From Candidatus Micrarchaeota archaeon (GTDB taxonomy: Archaea > Micrarchaeota > Micrarchaeia > Micrarchaeales > CABMGC01): 64,000 nt of DNA. Below, piece after piece: positions 9,428-19,003 of the stretch. The first letter of the stretch is position 1. Every line of letters starts with the position of its first letter. The translations under genes were made by a program, and so were the position numbers. Under the pieces are notes generated by a model that did not search any database, was not told where the DNA came from, and saw only the letters and a list, made by a program, of their open reading frames with translations. The stretch is taken from positions 9,983 to 73,982 of the forward strand of contig DAHWXM010000019.1 in NCBI GenBank assembly GCA_027334165.1, read 5' to 3'.

Positions 9428-11163
9428 CGCTGAAGGCCGATCTGCTGTAGCAGTTCGGCACAGTTTAGCGTGTTTACCACATCCTGCTTGCGCAGCCAAC
9501 CTCTCCGTGCAGTGCCTACGCCATAGCGCAGCAGTTGTAGGTGCTGCGTGTTGTGCGAGTCGGTATCTATGGAAAAGCGCAGCTTGTACGCTCTGGCACG
9601 TAGTATGTTCTCGTCGTTAAGGTCAAGCCGGTTAGGAAAGGAGTTTATCTCCATGATTACGCCGTTGCGTTCTGCTGCCTCGAAGACCTTCTCAAAATCG
9701 AAGGCTATCGGTGCCCTGCTGCCTATCAGGCGGTCGGTGGGATGCGCCCATATGCTCACAAGCCCGGTATCGAAAGCACGCGTTATGCGCTCGGTCATTT
9801 CTTCTTTTGGCATGGCAAGGTACGTGTGCACGCTTGCTAGGGTGTAGTCCATCATGCGTATGGTCTCTTTGTTTAAGTCAAGACTTCCGTCTTTGAGTAT
9901 GTCTATCTCCGCACTCTTCAGCAAACACAGCTTATCCAACTTCTTTGACGCCGCGTCTATGTGCTTCAGATGCTCACGGAACTTCGAATCAGTCATCCCG
10001 TGTGCGACGAATTCGCTCTTGGAATGATCACTTATGCCAAGGTATTCGTAACCCAGGGCCTCGGCGGCGGCGGCCATCTCCTCAACACTGTTCTGTCCAT
10101 CGCTTGCCTTGGTGTGTGCATGCAGGTCGCCGCGAATTTCGCCAATAGATACTGGCGTTGGCAATTCCCCTCTGGCAGCGAGCTCCACCTCTCCGCGATT
10201 CTCGCGCATCTCCGGTTCCACATACTGAAGGCCAAGGCGCGCATATACGCCTTCTTCGTCATCACCGCACACCCTCTTACCGCGTCTGCTGAATAGGCCG
10301 TACTCGCTGAGTTTGTATCCTTTCCTGATGGCTATTTGCCTTACCCTGACACCGTGATCCTTGCTTCCGGTGAAGTACTGCATCGCAGACCCGAAGCTCT
10401 CTTCTTCGACTATGCGCATGTCACACGTGATTCCAAGGCTTAGCTGCACCGTGATCTTTGTAGGTCCGCTGACTATGACTTTAGTAACCCCGTCCATAGT
10501 GGGTACGAATTTCTGCAAGTCGCCGGCCCCGTGCGATACGATGAGTATGTCTATGTCGCCTATTGTTTCACGCATGCGCCTTAGGGAACCGGCTATCTCT
10601 ACCCGTTTTGCCAGACCTGATGAGAGCAGTATTCCGCGGAGCCTTTCGGCCTCGGGAAGCACGGTACCGAGAAGCATGCGGCCGCTAGAGCCTTTGTACA
10701 ATTCTAGGCTGGTGCGTATGGTATCTTCGCTTTTCTTTCCGAACCGAGGTAAATTGGTTATCCTGTGCGCCTCGACGGCTGCCTGCAGGTCCGCAACGTT
10801 CCGCACCTTGAGTGCTTTGTAGAGTTGCACTATTCGCTTGGAGCCCATACCCTGAAGCTTGGTGAGCTCGGTGAAGTCTATCGGGTATTTTTTCTTCAGC
10901 TGGTCGTGCTTCTTAATCTTCCCGGTAGTGATGAATTCGGCTATCCTATCGGCAAGACCCTTGCCTATTCCTGGCAACCCCATGAGGGCATCTGTGCCAC
11001 CCTTCCGGTACAGTTCGGCAACGTCCTTCTGCATGGTACCGATGGTCAGAGCAGCCCGCCTGTAAGCGCGTATCTCAAACTTGTGTGACGCTTCGCCATT
11101 GCCGTCTATCTCAAGCATGTCGGCAATTTCCTCGAACAGGGTGCTAATCTCCTCATTCTGCAT
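9424..11163 (-). CDS. polX: DNA polymerase X family with C-terminal PHP domain
   Basis: HhH GIGKG, AGSLRR...GDIDIL (DxD), YFTGSK, PHP motifs GDLHAHT, SDHS, AHPTDR, DTDSH. Confidence 0.93.
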   Translation of the reverse strand: MQNEEISTLFEEIADMLEIDGNGEASHKFEIRAYRRAALTIGTMQKDVAELYRKGGTDALMGLPGIGKGLADRIAEFITTGKIKKHDQLKKKYPIDFTELTKLQGMGSKRIVQLYKALKVRNVADLQAAVEAHRITNLPRFGKKSEDTIRTSLELYKGSSGRMLLGTVLPEAERLRGILLSSGLAKRVEIAGSLRRMRETIGDIDILIVSHGAGDLQKFVPTMDGVTKVIVSGPTKITVQLSLGITCDMRIVEEESFGSAMQYFTGSKDHGVRVRQIAIRKGYKLSEYGLFSRRGKRVCGDDEEGVYARLGLQYVEPEMRENRGEVELAARGELPTPVSIGEIRGDLHAHTKASDGQNSVEEMAAAAEALGYEYLGISDHSKSEFVAHGMTDSKFREHLKHIDAASKKLDKLCLLKSAEIDILKDGSLDLNKETIRMMDYTLASVHTYLAMPKEEMTERITRAFDTGLVSIWAHPTDRLIGSRAPIAFDFEKVFEAAERNGVIMEINSFPNRLDLNDENILRARAYKLRFSIDTDSHNTQHLQLLRYGVGTARRGWLRKQDVVNTLNCAELLQQIGLQR

Positions 11164-11293
11164 GTTGATTAACAGATACTGCAACATTCATAAACATTCC
11201 ATGCTTCCGGAAGATCGCTGCGCGAATGCCAAGCGGTTTCTCACAAACCGTATATAAATGTTTTTTCCTATTGTTAATAAGCGTGGTGTGAAG

Positions 11294-11776
11294 ATGGGTG
11301 TGGAGAGTTATCTAGATGAGAAGGACTTTGCAAAGAAACTGATAGTAGACAACAAGTACATGGTCGTTGCAACCTCCAATCCGGAGTCAAAACCGTGGGC
11401 GGCGCCGGTCCTGTACGTGTACGACGAATCGTATGCCTTCTATTTCCTTTCGGCGATAGATTCTTTGCATGCAAAGAACATACTTGGCAATCCGCAAGTT
11501 TGCCTATCTATATTTAACTCGGAGCAGCCGATAGGGAAATCCGATGGAATTCAGATAGAGGCCCTTGCGCACGTCGTTGATAAGACGGCAATAGAAGGCG
11601 TAATAAACATCTACTGCAGGAAGCTCTTCCCGGAATCCAACGTGCCTCCCTTGAAGCGATACCGGCCGGAAGACTATCTAGAGCCATCGGAATTCAGATT
11701 TTTCGTCGTAAAGCCAACCAAGGTTTATGTTACGGATGGATTGGAGAGGCGCGTGGAAGTGGATCTGTCTGAGTGA
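11294..11776 (+). CDS. Pyridoxamine 5'-phosphate oxidase-like FMN-binding split-barrel protein
   Basis: MVVATS...KPWAAPVLY...FYFLS..DSLHAKNI..NPQVCLSI...GIQIEA. Confidence 0.8.
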   Translation: MGVESYLDEKDFAKKLIVDNKYMVVATSNPESKPWAAPVLYVYDESYAFYFLSAIDSLHAKNILGNPQVCLSIFNSEQPIGKSDGIQIEALAHVVDKTAIEGVINIYCRKLFPESNVPPLKRYRPEDYLEPSEFRFFVVKPTKVYVTDGLERRVEVDLSE

Positions 11777-11864
11777 AATCCCGATCGGACTATGTCGCCA
11801 AAGTGCAGATTCCGAGGACGAAAGGTATTTATCATAATATTGTCAAACTTAAATTGGTGTAGCC

Positions 11865-12902
11865 ATGTATGATTCCATTGTTTCTCAGAACCAGAGCATG
11901 AATGCTGAATATGAAATGTTCAAGCCAAGGATAGCCGTTGTTGGTGTAGGTGGCGGAGGCAACAACACGGTGCACAGGCTCAGCAGCATGGACATAAAGG
12001 GGGCAGCGCTGTTTGCTTTCAACACCGACGGCAAGCAGCTCGGCATGCTTGGTCCGACCATAACTAAGCTCATGCTGGGCAGACAGATAACCCACGGACT
12101 CGGTGCGGGCGGATATCCGGAAGTTGGGGAGAAGGCTGCGGAATTGTCCAGGACGGATATAGAACTCCTAGTGCGCGATACGAACCTTACCTTTCTGACA
12201 GCAGGAATGGGTGGAGGGACTGGCACAGGTGCCGCACCGATAGTCGCAAGAGTCGTTAAGGAGAGCGGCTCAATTGTGGTAGGCATAGTTACAATACCTT
12301 TCGCTCTTGAAAGGGTCAGACTCGAGACGGCAAAGAGAGGGATAGAGAGGCTAAGGCAGAACATAGACACGCTCATAGTCATAGACAACCAGAAGCTCGT
12401 ACAGCTTTACCCGAATCTCCCGATAGAAAAAACGTTCGCTCTCGCAGACGAGATAACCGCAAAGGCCGTTAAGGGGATAACCGAGGCCATAACGCAGCCG
12501 AGCCTGATAAATACCGATTTTGCTGATGTAAGGACGATAATGTCGGCAGGTGGCTTGGCCATGATAAGCGTAGGCACTGGCCAGGGCCCGAACAAGGTCG
12601 AGGAGGTCGTTACGAATACACTGAAGAACAAACTTCTTGACGTTGATTACAGGAACGCGACAGGCATACTGCTGCACATAACAGGGGGGCCAGATATGAC
12701 ACTCGGAGATGCCAACTTGATAGGGTCGAAGCTTACCGAAAGCGCATCGCCCAATGCAAACGTCATCTGGGGCGCAAGACTTGACCCCAACTACACAGGA
12801 AGGGTAGAGGTCATCGCCATATTCACAGGAGTCTCAGGAGGATCCGTACTTGGCAACAACAAGTCTGAACCGGAGGATGAGACAGGGCTATTCCAAATAT
12901 GA
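11865..12902 (+). CDS. ftsZ: Cell division GTPase FtsZ (probably FtsZ2 subtype)
   Basis: VGVGGGGNN, GAGG.PEVG, GMGGGTGTG tubulin signature, NTDFADV; PFALER suggests the archaeal FtsZ2 clade. Confidence 0.95.
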   Translation: MYDSIVSQNQSMNAEYEMFKPRIAVVGVGGGGNNTVHRLSSMDIKGAALFAFNTDGKQLGMLGPTITKLMLGRQITHGLGAGGYPEVGEKAAELSRTDIELLVRDTNLTFLTAGMGGGTGTGAAPIVARVVKESGSIVVGIVTIPFALERVRLETAKRGIERLRQNIDTLIVIDNQKLVQLYPNLPIEKTFALADEITAKAVKGITEAITQPSLINTDFADVRTIMSAGGLAMISVGTGQGPNKVEEVVTNTLKNKLLDVDYRNATGILLHITGGPDMTLGDANLIGSKLTESASPNANVIWGARLDPNYTGRVEVIAIFTGVSGGSVLGNNKSEPEDETGLFQI

Positions 12903-12926
12903 ACGCCTTGGTTTTACTAGGATTGG

Positions 12927-15233
12927 TCATAGCTCCTCTATGACCGCTTCCTTATTCTCGTCTTTGTTCCTGTTGAGCAAATAAACTTTTGAGTTATAAG
13001 CTTTCTTGAGAAGCGGATCATGCGTTATGATGAATGTTTGCTCGACTATCCGAGGCAGGGTCTCATTGAACATTTTTACAAATTTCTCCAACCCGCGCTG
13101 ATCTATGTTGTGCGTAGGCTCGTCTAGGATGAGCAGGCCCAAGCCAGGCGCCAGCACCAACGAGAAGGCCACGCGCATGGCGAGACACGCGATGCTCCTC
13201 TCACCCCCGCTCGCTATCGCATCCACGTCGTTCCACGCGGTATTTCCAGAGGCATTGGTAAGTACCTTTAGCACATAGTCGTCAGAATCGGCCTCTAGTT
13301 TCACGCTTGTGTAGTCGCTATACGGATATATCTCCGGCCATACATCATGCATTATGGAATTTATAGAGTCTATGAGTCTTGACCTGAGCAACGCCTGCGT
13401 TTCCTGCAAGGACGTCTTGAATTTTGTCATGTTTGCGGCTACGCTGCGCTTGGTTTTTATATCGTCGTATATGCGTTCGACCTTGGAGATTTCAGTCTTT
13501 TTCCCAGTGATCTGTTCTTCGATATCGGCCACGTACTTTCTGTTAGCAGATGCGTCTGCCGAAAGTCGGCTGTGCTCCGATACTGTCCGCGTGAGTGCCT
13601 CCTGTAGTGCATATAGTTTCGCCTCGTCCACGTTTATAGTTGCGGAAAGTTTGACATTCGCTTCCAGGGCGGAGGAGAGCTGGAACACCTCTCGAACATA
13701 ACCATCACGACGATCCACGGCCTCAAGTTTCGAAGCCAGCATCCCGAGTGACGCAGTAGAATCGTCAACAACAGCAACTGCGCCATCGTAAAGCGACTTC
13801 TGTGCCTTCAGTCCCTCCTCGGCCATGAGCATCGTGTCTTTCAGCTGTGCGATTCTTTGGGAAGGGTCATTGTATTCGTGAACCTTTTCCTCCAATAGGG
13901 CAAGCTTACGGAGCTGCACTTCTGAAGCCTTAATCCTACCCTTATACTCAGCATCAGCCTTGGCTAATTGCGCTATGCGATCCGCCAATAACAGGATTGC
14001 GTGTTTCTTCTCGGCTATGAGCTTCTGCCGCATATCCTCCCCAAGTTCCCTTTCGCATATAGGACACTTCTGCGTGTGTCGTTCGAGTTCCGAAATCCAT
14101 CGCACGTACTCGTTCCTTGTTGCAATGCATTCGGCAGTCTCCTTCATATTGGAATCTATTAACGCATTGGCGTCTGAGAGGGATGTCTCTATCGATTTAC
14201 GATCATATTGTGACAGTTCTTTCAGCATCCTCGAATTCTCCTCGACTCTTTTCGAGTGCTCTGAAATTTCGGCTGACGCCCGTGCGTACTGTCCCTGAAG
14301 CTCACGCTCCCTCGCCTTGATCGAAATCACTTCAGCTTTTGCCTTCTCGATGGCGCCCTTTAGAGCCGTGATGCCCTTTTCTAGTTCTGCGCGTGACGGG
14401 TGGCCAGCCGCATTTATCTTGTCTATCTCCTTTGAAAGAACGTCAATCCTGTTGCGTTGCGCGACTATCTCCTTATCGAGCCGCACCTTTTCCTGGTACT
14501 TATGTTTCATGGCACCGAGTTTCGCCTCTGCTTCGGCAACGAGCGACGATCTTGCAGCCAATTCCGAGTCTATCCTCTTTTGTTCAGATGCGAGCCTTTG
14601 CATTTCAGACCCCATGTCTGATAACTGTTGCTTTAATCCAGGGATATCGAAGTTTGCAGCCGTCTTCTCATTGTCGGTTATGAGGTCCTTCAACTTATTT
14701 ATGATTGCTGATGAATTCTCCTGTGCCGTGGAAAACCGATCAAGGCCCAGGAGCTCGTCGATCTGTCGCTTCCGGTCTGATGCGCGCAGCTTGAGGAAGT
14801 AATCGAGATCGTTCTGCTCCGAGTAGATTGCTTTAGAGAACAGGTCATAGTCTATCTTAAGTGCTTTCTCTATCTCTTCATTTACCCTCTGCGGCTGCGA
14901 CTGAACGTACGCGCCATCCTTCTCGAGGGTAGCCTTGGGTGCGCCAATCTTGCTGACCTGCCTGGTCACCACGTAACTGGAACCGCCAGAGTCAAAGGAT
15001 AATTTTACAACCGCGGTGTCAGTTTCCTCAGGCCTATTGCGTATGATGCCAGCTATGCCAACCTTTCTGTGCTGCACCGCTGGGAAGGTGCCGAATAGCC
15101 CAAAGGATATGGCGTCCAGGATCGAACTTTTACCGGCCCCCATCTGCCCTATTATTATGTTGGTGCCCTTTGTGAACGTCAGCGTACTGTTTCCGTGAAC
15201 CTTCCAGTTCCTCAATTCTATGCTTCTTAACAT
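12927..15233 (-). CDS. rad50: Rad50/SbcC SMC-like ATPase
   Basis: Walker A GQMGAGKS, long coiled coil with central zinc hook CPIC, signature ASGGE, Walker B LILDEPT, H-loop IITH. Confidence 0.9.
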   Translation of the reverse strand: MLRSIELRNWKVHGNSTLTFTKGTNIIIGQMGAGKSSILDAISFGLFGTFPAVQHRKVGIAGIIRNRPEETDTAVVKLSFDSGGSSYVVTRQVSKIGAPKATLEKDGAYVQSQPQRVNEEIEKALKIDYDLFSKAIYSEQNDLDYFLKLRASDRKRQIDELLGLDRFSTAQENSSAIINKLKDLITDNEKTAANFDIPGLKQQLSDMGSEMQRLASEQKRIDSELAARSSLVAEAEAKLGAMKHKYQEKVRLDKEIVAQRNRIDVLSKEIDKINAAGHPSRAELEKGITALKGAIEKAKAEVISIKARERELQGQYARASAEISEHSKRVEENSRMLKELSQYDRKSIETSLSDANALIDSNMKETAECIATRNEYVRWISELERHTQKCPICERELGEDMRQKLIAEKKHAILLLADRIAQLAKADAEYKGRIKASEVQLRKLALLEEKVHEYNDPSQRIAQLKDTMLMAEEGLKAQKSLYDGAVAVVDDSTASLGMLASKLEAVDRRDGYVREVFQLSSALEANVKLSATINVDEAKLYALQEALTRTVSEHSRLSADASANRKYVADIEEQITGKKTEISKVERIYDDIKTKRSVAANMTKFKTSLQETQALLRSRLIDSINSIMHDVWPEIYPYSDYTSVKLEADSDDYVLKVLTNASGNTAWNDVDAIASGGERSIACLAMRVAFSLVLAPGLGLLILDEPTHNIDQRGLEKFVKMFNETLPRIVEQTFIITHDPLLKKAYNSKVYLLNRNKDENKEAVIEEL

Positions 15234-15324
15234 TGGCACACCTTGCCGAAGCTGACGCTGTAGGAATAAATGCACCGAACGTATTTATAGTTACCAGGAA
15301 GAACCTAGTATGCCAGTGACCGGA

Positions 15325-15573
15325 TCAGAGAAGGCTTTCATCCTCCACTTCCACTTCGGTAACTCCGCCTATCTTCCTGAGTCCATCCTCTAACGCTGTG
15401 CTTCCTTCACTGTCCTCGTGAACGAACATAACTTTCAGCACCTTTATGCCGAATGCCACCTCGTCCGTTTGGACAGCCTTAGGGTTGAGGGTCTTCCTTA
15501 TGCTATCGGAAACCTCCTGCTCCTTGCCGCTCTCTACGTAGACCTTGAATACTGTTGCGACACTGCTCATCAT
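15325..15573 (-). CDS. ef1b: Translation elongation factor aEF-1beta
   Basis: EVAFGIKVLKV...LEDGLRKIGGVTEVEV; conserved pairing with a Zn-ribbon gene. Confidence 0.9.
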   Translation of the reverse strand: MMSSVATVFKVYVESGKEQEVSDSIRKTLNPKAVQTDEVAFGIKVLKVMFVHEDSEGSTALEDGLRKIGGVTEVEVEDESLL

Positions 15574-15746
15574 GGTCCCTCAAAACCACACTTAGGACAG
15601 CGATACTTAGTGTGCGTCTTTCTGCACTCGTCGCATCGTATTATCACGTATTCGCCACATCGTGGGCAGTTAACATCAATGTACCTGCTGGTCAGCTTCC
15701 CACATGAAGAACAGACCTTGCCCGGAACTCCAGAAACATCGCTCAT
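15570..15746 (-). CDS. Small Zn-ribbon protein (DUF1610/HVO_2753-like)
   Basis: CSSC...CPRCG...RCDECRK...YRCPKCGFEGP; real start ATG 15746, 4-nt overlap with ef1b. Confidence 0.88.
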   Translation of the reverse strand: MSDVSGVPGKVCSSCGKLTSRYIDVNCPRCGEYVIIRCDECRKTHTKYRCPKCGFEGP

Positions 15747-15849
15747 TTGAACCATCCAGTAGAGATTGCATAAATTAGCAGATATCTTATAAACGCAAGG
15801 ATATAAAAATATACTTGTCCATCGGACCGGTTGTCGGTAGGGCGATATT

Positions 15850-17130
15850 ATGTCAAGGATACTTCTAGATACGTACGGATGCACCCTCAATGGTGCCGAC
15901 AGCGATATAATGCAGGCGGCGCTAGAAAGGGAAGGGCACAGTGTTTACAGAGGGGATGCCAATATAGCTGGTTCGTACGACTATGTGATAATAAACACAT
16001 GCACGGTGAAAAAGCCGACGGAACAGAAGATACTCAGCAGAATAGACAAGGCACGGCACATGGGTAAAAAACTCATCGTTGCGGGATGTATGGTTGGCGC
16101 AAACCGCGAAAAGGTGTTGAGGCATGCACCAGATTCCAGCATCTTGAACACGGGCAATGTGGGCAATGTGTCTGAAGTCATCGCATCCATTTCCGCAGGA
16201 AGAGATGCGAATGCTGTTACGCGAGTGCTGCCGGACAAGGCAGGATTGTTAGTGGCAAGAGGAGGAACTGTAGCAAGGATACCGATAAGTGAGGGGTGCC
16301 TTAGTAATTGTTCTTTCTGCGAGACAAAATTTGCCAGGGGACCGTTGCACAGTTTTGATCACGCTGTAATAGTAAGGGCAGTAGGAAGGGCCGTTGAAGC
16401 AGGCGCGCGTGAGATAGAATTGACTTCGCAGGATGTCGGGGCGTATGGAAGGGATACTGGAACGGACATAGCCGAACTCGCTTCTGCCGTATGCGACATA
16501 GATGGAGATTTCAAGGTAAGGATAGGGATGCTAAATCCGGAACACCTGCCCAGATACATGGATAGGCTGATAGATGCATTCGGAAGGGGCAAACTGTACA
16601 GGTTTGTGCACCTGCCGGTGCAGTCTGGCAGCGATGCGGTCCTGCGCAGCATGCGCAGGAGATACTCGGTGTCTGAATACAGCGCGATGGTCAGAGAGTT
16701 CCAATCTCGAATAGATGACATCAGTGTGGCAACAGATATGATAGTCGGATACCCAACAGAGACGGAGACAGACTTCGTCAGGTCGGTTGAGCTCATAGAA
16801 GAACTCGGATTCAGCAGAATCAACATATCGCGTTTTGGAGCCATGGATCACACCGATGCCGCAAGGCTACCAAAATTAGATGACAGGCTTGTCAAGGAGC
16901 GCGCTGCAAGAATGCACAGGATAGCCAGGATACATGAGATTAATGCGTTGGCTAAGATAATGGGAAAACGAGTGCGGGTGCTCGCCACCGAGATAAACCA
17001 CGGCTCATTGCTAGGAAGGGACGACGCATACAGACAGATAGCGATAGAAGGGGAGAATGTGCAGCCTGGGCAGATCCTGACTGCGGAAGTCTATGCGAGC
17101 AGCCCGGTATGTTTAATAGCAAGAGCGTGA
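15850..17130 (+). CDS. mtaB: tRNA t6A37 methylthiotransferase (archaeal MtaB/CDKAL1-type radical SAM)
   Basis: TYGCTLN, INTCTVK, AGC, radical-SAM CLSNCSFC, HLPVQSGS, C-terminal TRAM-like region. Confidence 0.88.
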   Translation: MSRILLDTYGCTLNGADSDIMQAALEREGHSVYRGDANIAGSYDYVIINTCTVKKPTEQKILSRIDKARHMGKKLIVAGCMVGANREKVLRHAPDSSILNTGNVGNVSEVIASISAGRDANAVTRVLPDKAGLLVARGGTVARIPISEGCLSNCSFCETKFARGPLHSFDHAVIVRAVGRAVEAGAREIELTSQDVGAYGRDTGTDIAELASAVCDIDGDFKVRIGMLNPEHLPRYMDRLIDAFGRGKLYRFVHLPVQSGSDAVLRSMRRRYSVSEYSAMVREFQSRIDDISVATDMIVGYPTETETDFVRSVELIEELGFSRINISRFGAMDHTDAARLPKLDDRLVKERAARMHRIARIHEINALAKIMGKRVRVLATEINHGSLLGRDDAYRQIAIEGENVQPGQILTAEVYASSPVCLIARA

Positions 17131-17153
17131 GAATATCATCGAGGGTGTTCTGC

Positions 17154-17762
17154 ATGTTCATATATCCACAGATTTATAGGAGGCTTAAGCGTGGGCCGCA
17201 GGTCATACTGCCAAAGGACATTGGGATACTAATGGCATACCTTGGCATCTGCAAGGAGGACGTCGGCATGGATGCGGGAAGTGGAAGCGGATGGCTAGCC
17301 GTCAGTCTGGGCAGAGTGTGTAAGAAAGTATACAGTTACGACGTGCGGGAGGATTTTAGCAAAATAGCTGCGCACAATGCCCGCCTGCTTGGTCTTGAAA
17401 ACATCGAATTTAAGGTAGGTGATGTCACTAAGAAGATCCATGAGAAGGGACTTGATTTTGCCATACTGGACCTCCCTGATTCTGACAAGGCGCTTGCGAA
17501 TGTGAAGAAGGCGTTGAAGGACAATGGAGGAGTAGCGGGTTACCTTCCACACATGGAACAGGTAAAAAAATTCGTGATGAGGCTCGACGCGCTTGGATTT
17601 ACGGATGTGTACACGGTTGAGGTCATAGTGAGGGATATGCTAGTGCGGAAAGAGGGCGTGCGACCATCAACAAAAGGGATCTGGCATACGGCTTACCTAG
17701 TATTCGCAAGAAAAACGACTGCACGGGTGGCCGGAACCGCGGGAATGCGTGATCCTAAATGA
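17154..17762 (+). CDS. trmI: tRNA (adenine-N1)-methyltransferase TrmI
   Basis: RGPQVILPKD, DAGSGSG, LDLPD, VRPSTKGIWHTAYL. Confidence 0.9.
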   Translation: MFIYPQIYRRLKRGPQVILPKDIGILMAYLGICKEDVGMDAGSGSGWLAVSLGRVCKKVYSYDVREDFSKIAAHNARLLGLENIEFKVGDVTKKIHEKGLDFAILDLPDSDKALANVKKALKDNGGVAGYLPHMEQVKKFVMRLDALGFTDVYTVEVIVRDMLVRKEGVRPSTKGIWHTAYLVFARKTTARVAGTAGMRDPK

Positions 17763-18728
17763 CTACGTATCCTTTGGTATGAGAGCCATGCTCGCGAGCA
17801 TTGATTCGAGCTGTATCCGGTCGTTAGCGCCCTCGACTATACGGAAGTTGTAATCACCTACCATGCTTATTATCCTAAGCTTTACCCTGTTGTCTATGTC
17901 TAGGTTCAGTGCCTCCCGGTAACACTGTATCAGTATGTCCTCCCCACTCATGCCCTGCGACAGTATAAGGGAGTTAAGCTCGGTTCTTGCCTTGACGAAT
18001 TCGCCGGACAATGCATACTTGAGCATTGATACGATCTCCTTTGGGCGGGCCCTGGCAGCTATCTCGTAGATTGCCGCCTCTGAAACCTTCTTCTCAGACA
18101 CAGCGGTGCTCTGCATAATGTTTGTTAGCTTCCTGAGATCGCCATCACTCACGTATATCAGCGCGGTTATTGCCTTCTCATCTATCTCAAGCCCCTCAGT
18201 AACGGCTATCCTCTTGATGTACTCGCGCATTTCATCCTCTTTTAATGGCTTGAACCGGAGGACGACGCACCTGCTCTGTATTGGCTCGATTATCTTGCTG
18301 GCGTAATTTGCACTTAATATGAAGCGCGTGGATGAGGAGTACTTCTCCATTGTACGCCTCAACGCATGCTGCGCTTCCGAGGTAAGCGCATCGGCTTCGT
18401 CCAGAAATATTATCTTTACTAAGCCATTAGACAGGGGAAGCGTGCGTGCAAATTCCTTTACCCTTCCGCGTATGACGTCTATTCCCCTTGCATCAGAAGC
18501 GTTCAGCTCCAGGAAAGCCGCATTAATGTCTTCGCCGTATAGTTCCTTGGCCATGGCTATTGCAGAGGTCGTCTTTCCCACCCCTGCCGGTCCGCCGAAT
18601 ATCATGCTTGGAAAGGTTTTTGCATTGACAAATTCCTTCAGCTTGTCCACTATTGCAGTCTGACCTATCACTTCGGATAGTCTTGCGGGCCGATACTTCT
18701 CCGTCCAAGGTTTTTCAGTAGCATCCAT
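17763..18728 (-). CDS. rfcS: Replication factor C small subunit
   Basis: PWTEKYRP, GPAGVGKT, ELNASDARG, LDEAD, QSRC. Confidence 0.96.
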   Translation of the reverse strand: MDATEKPWTEKYRPARLSEVIGQTAIVDKLKEFVNAKTFPSMIFGGPAGVGKTTSAIAMAKELYGEDINAAFLELNASDARGIDVIRGRVKEFARTLPLSNGLVKIIFLDEADALTSEAQHALRRTMEKYSSSTRFILSANYASKIIEPIQSRCVVLRFKPLKEDEMREYIKRIAVTEGLEIDEKAITALIYVSDGDLRKLTNIMQSTAVSEKKVSEAAIYEIAARARPKEIVSMLKYALSGEFVKARTELNSLILSQGMSGEDILIQCYREALNLDIDNRVKLRIISMVGDYNFRIVEGANDRIQLESMLASMALIPKDT

Positions 18729-18922
18729 GTGATCAGCAATAAGTAGTAATATTGATTCGCTGGAAAAAGCTATAAAGTTATTCCACCCCTTCGCCGCGTG
18801 GGTTTGAACAAAAACGTGAATCTCTCGCCATTTGGTTTTGGATAAGGACGGGATGTGTATGCAGTTACATGCAGCAAGGCTGTCCCGTATTTAAATTCGT
18901 TTCATTTAATAGACTTGATTAT

Positions 18923-19003
18923 ATGAGGGATACGCCGATTGTTGCGTCTTTCCTTTTCCGTTCCTTCCGTTGTCTAAGTTCAGGGGTCGATTTAAATGGC
19001 TGA
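18923..19003 (+). promoter_or_regulatory. Candidate 26-codon leader ORF with pyrimidine tract overlapping the carA start
   Basis: ATG 18923 to TGA 19003 encodes MRDTPIVASFLFRSFRCLSSGVDLNG; TTTAAA at 18890-18895 lies about 30 nt upstream; T/C tract at 18947-18971. Confidence 0.3.

Noticed and set aside
15747-15890. N-terminal extension of the Zn-ribbon ORF (track start 15890)
   Set aside because: It overlaps mtaB and the divergent promoter; the recognisable protein begins at ATG 15746.
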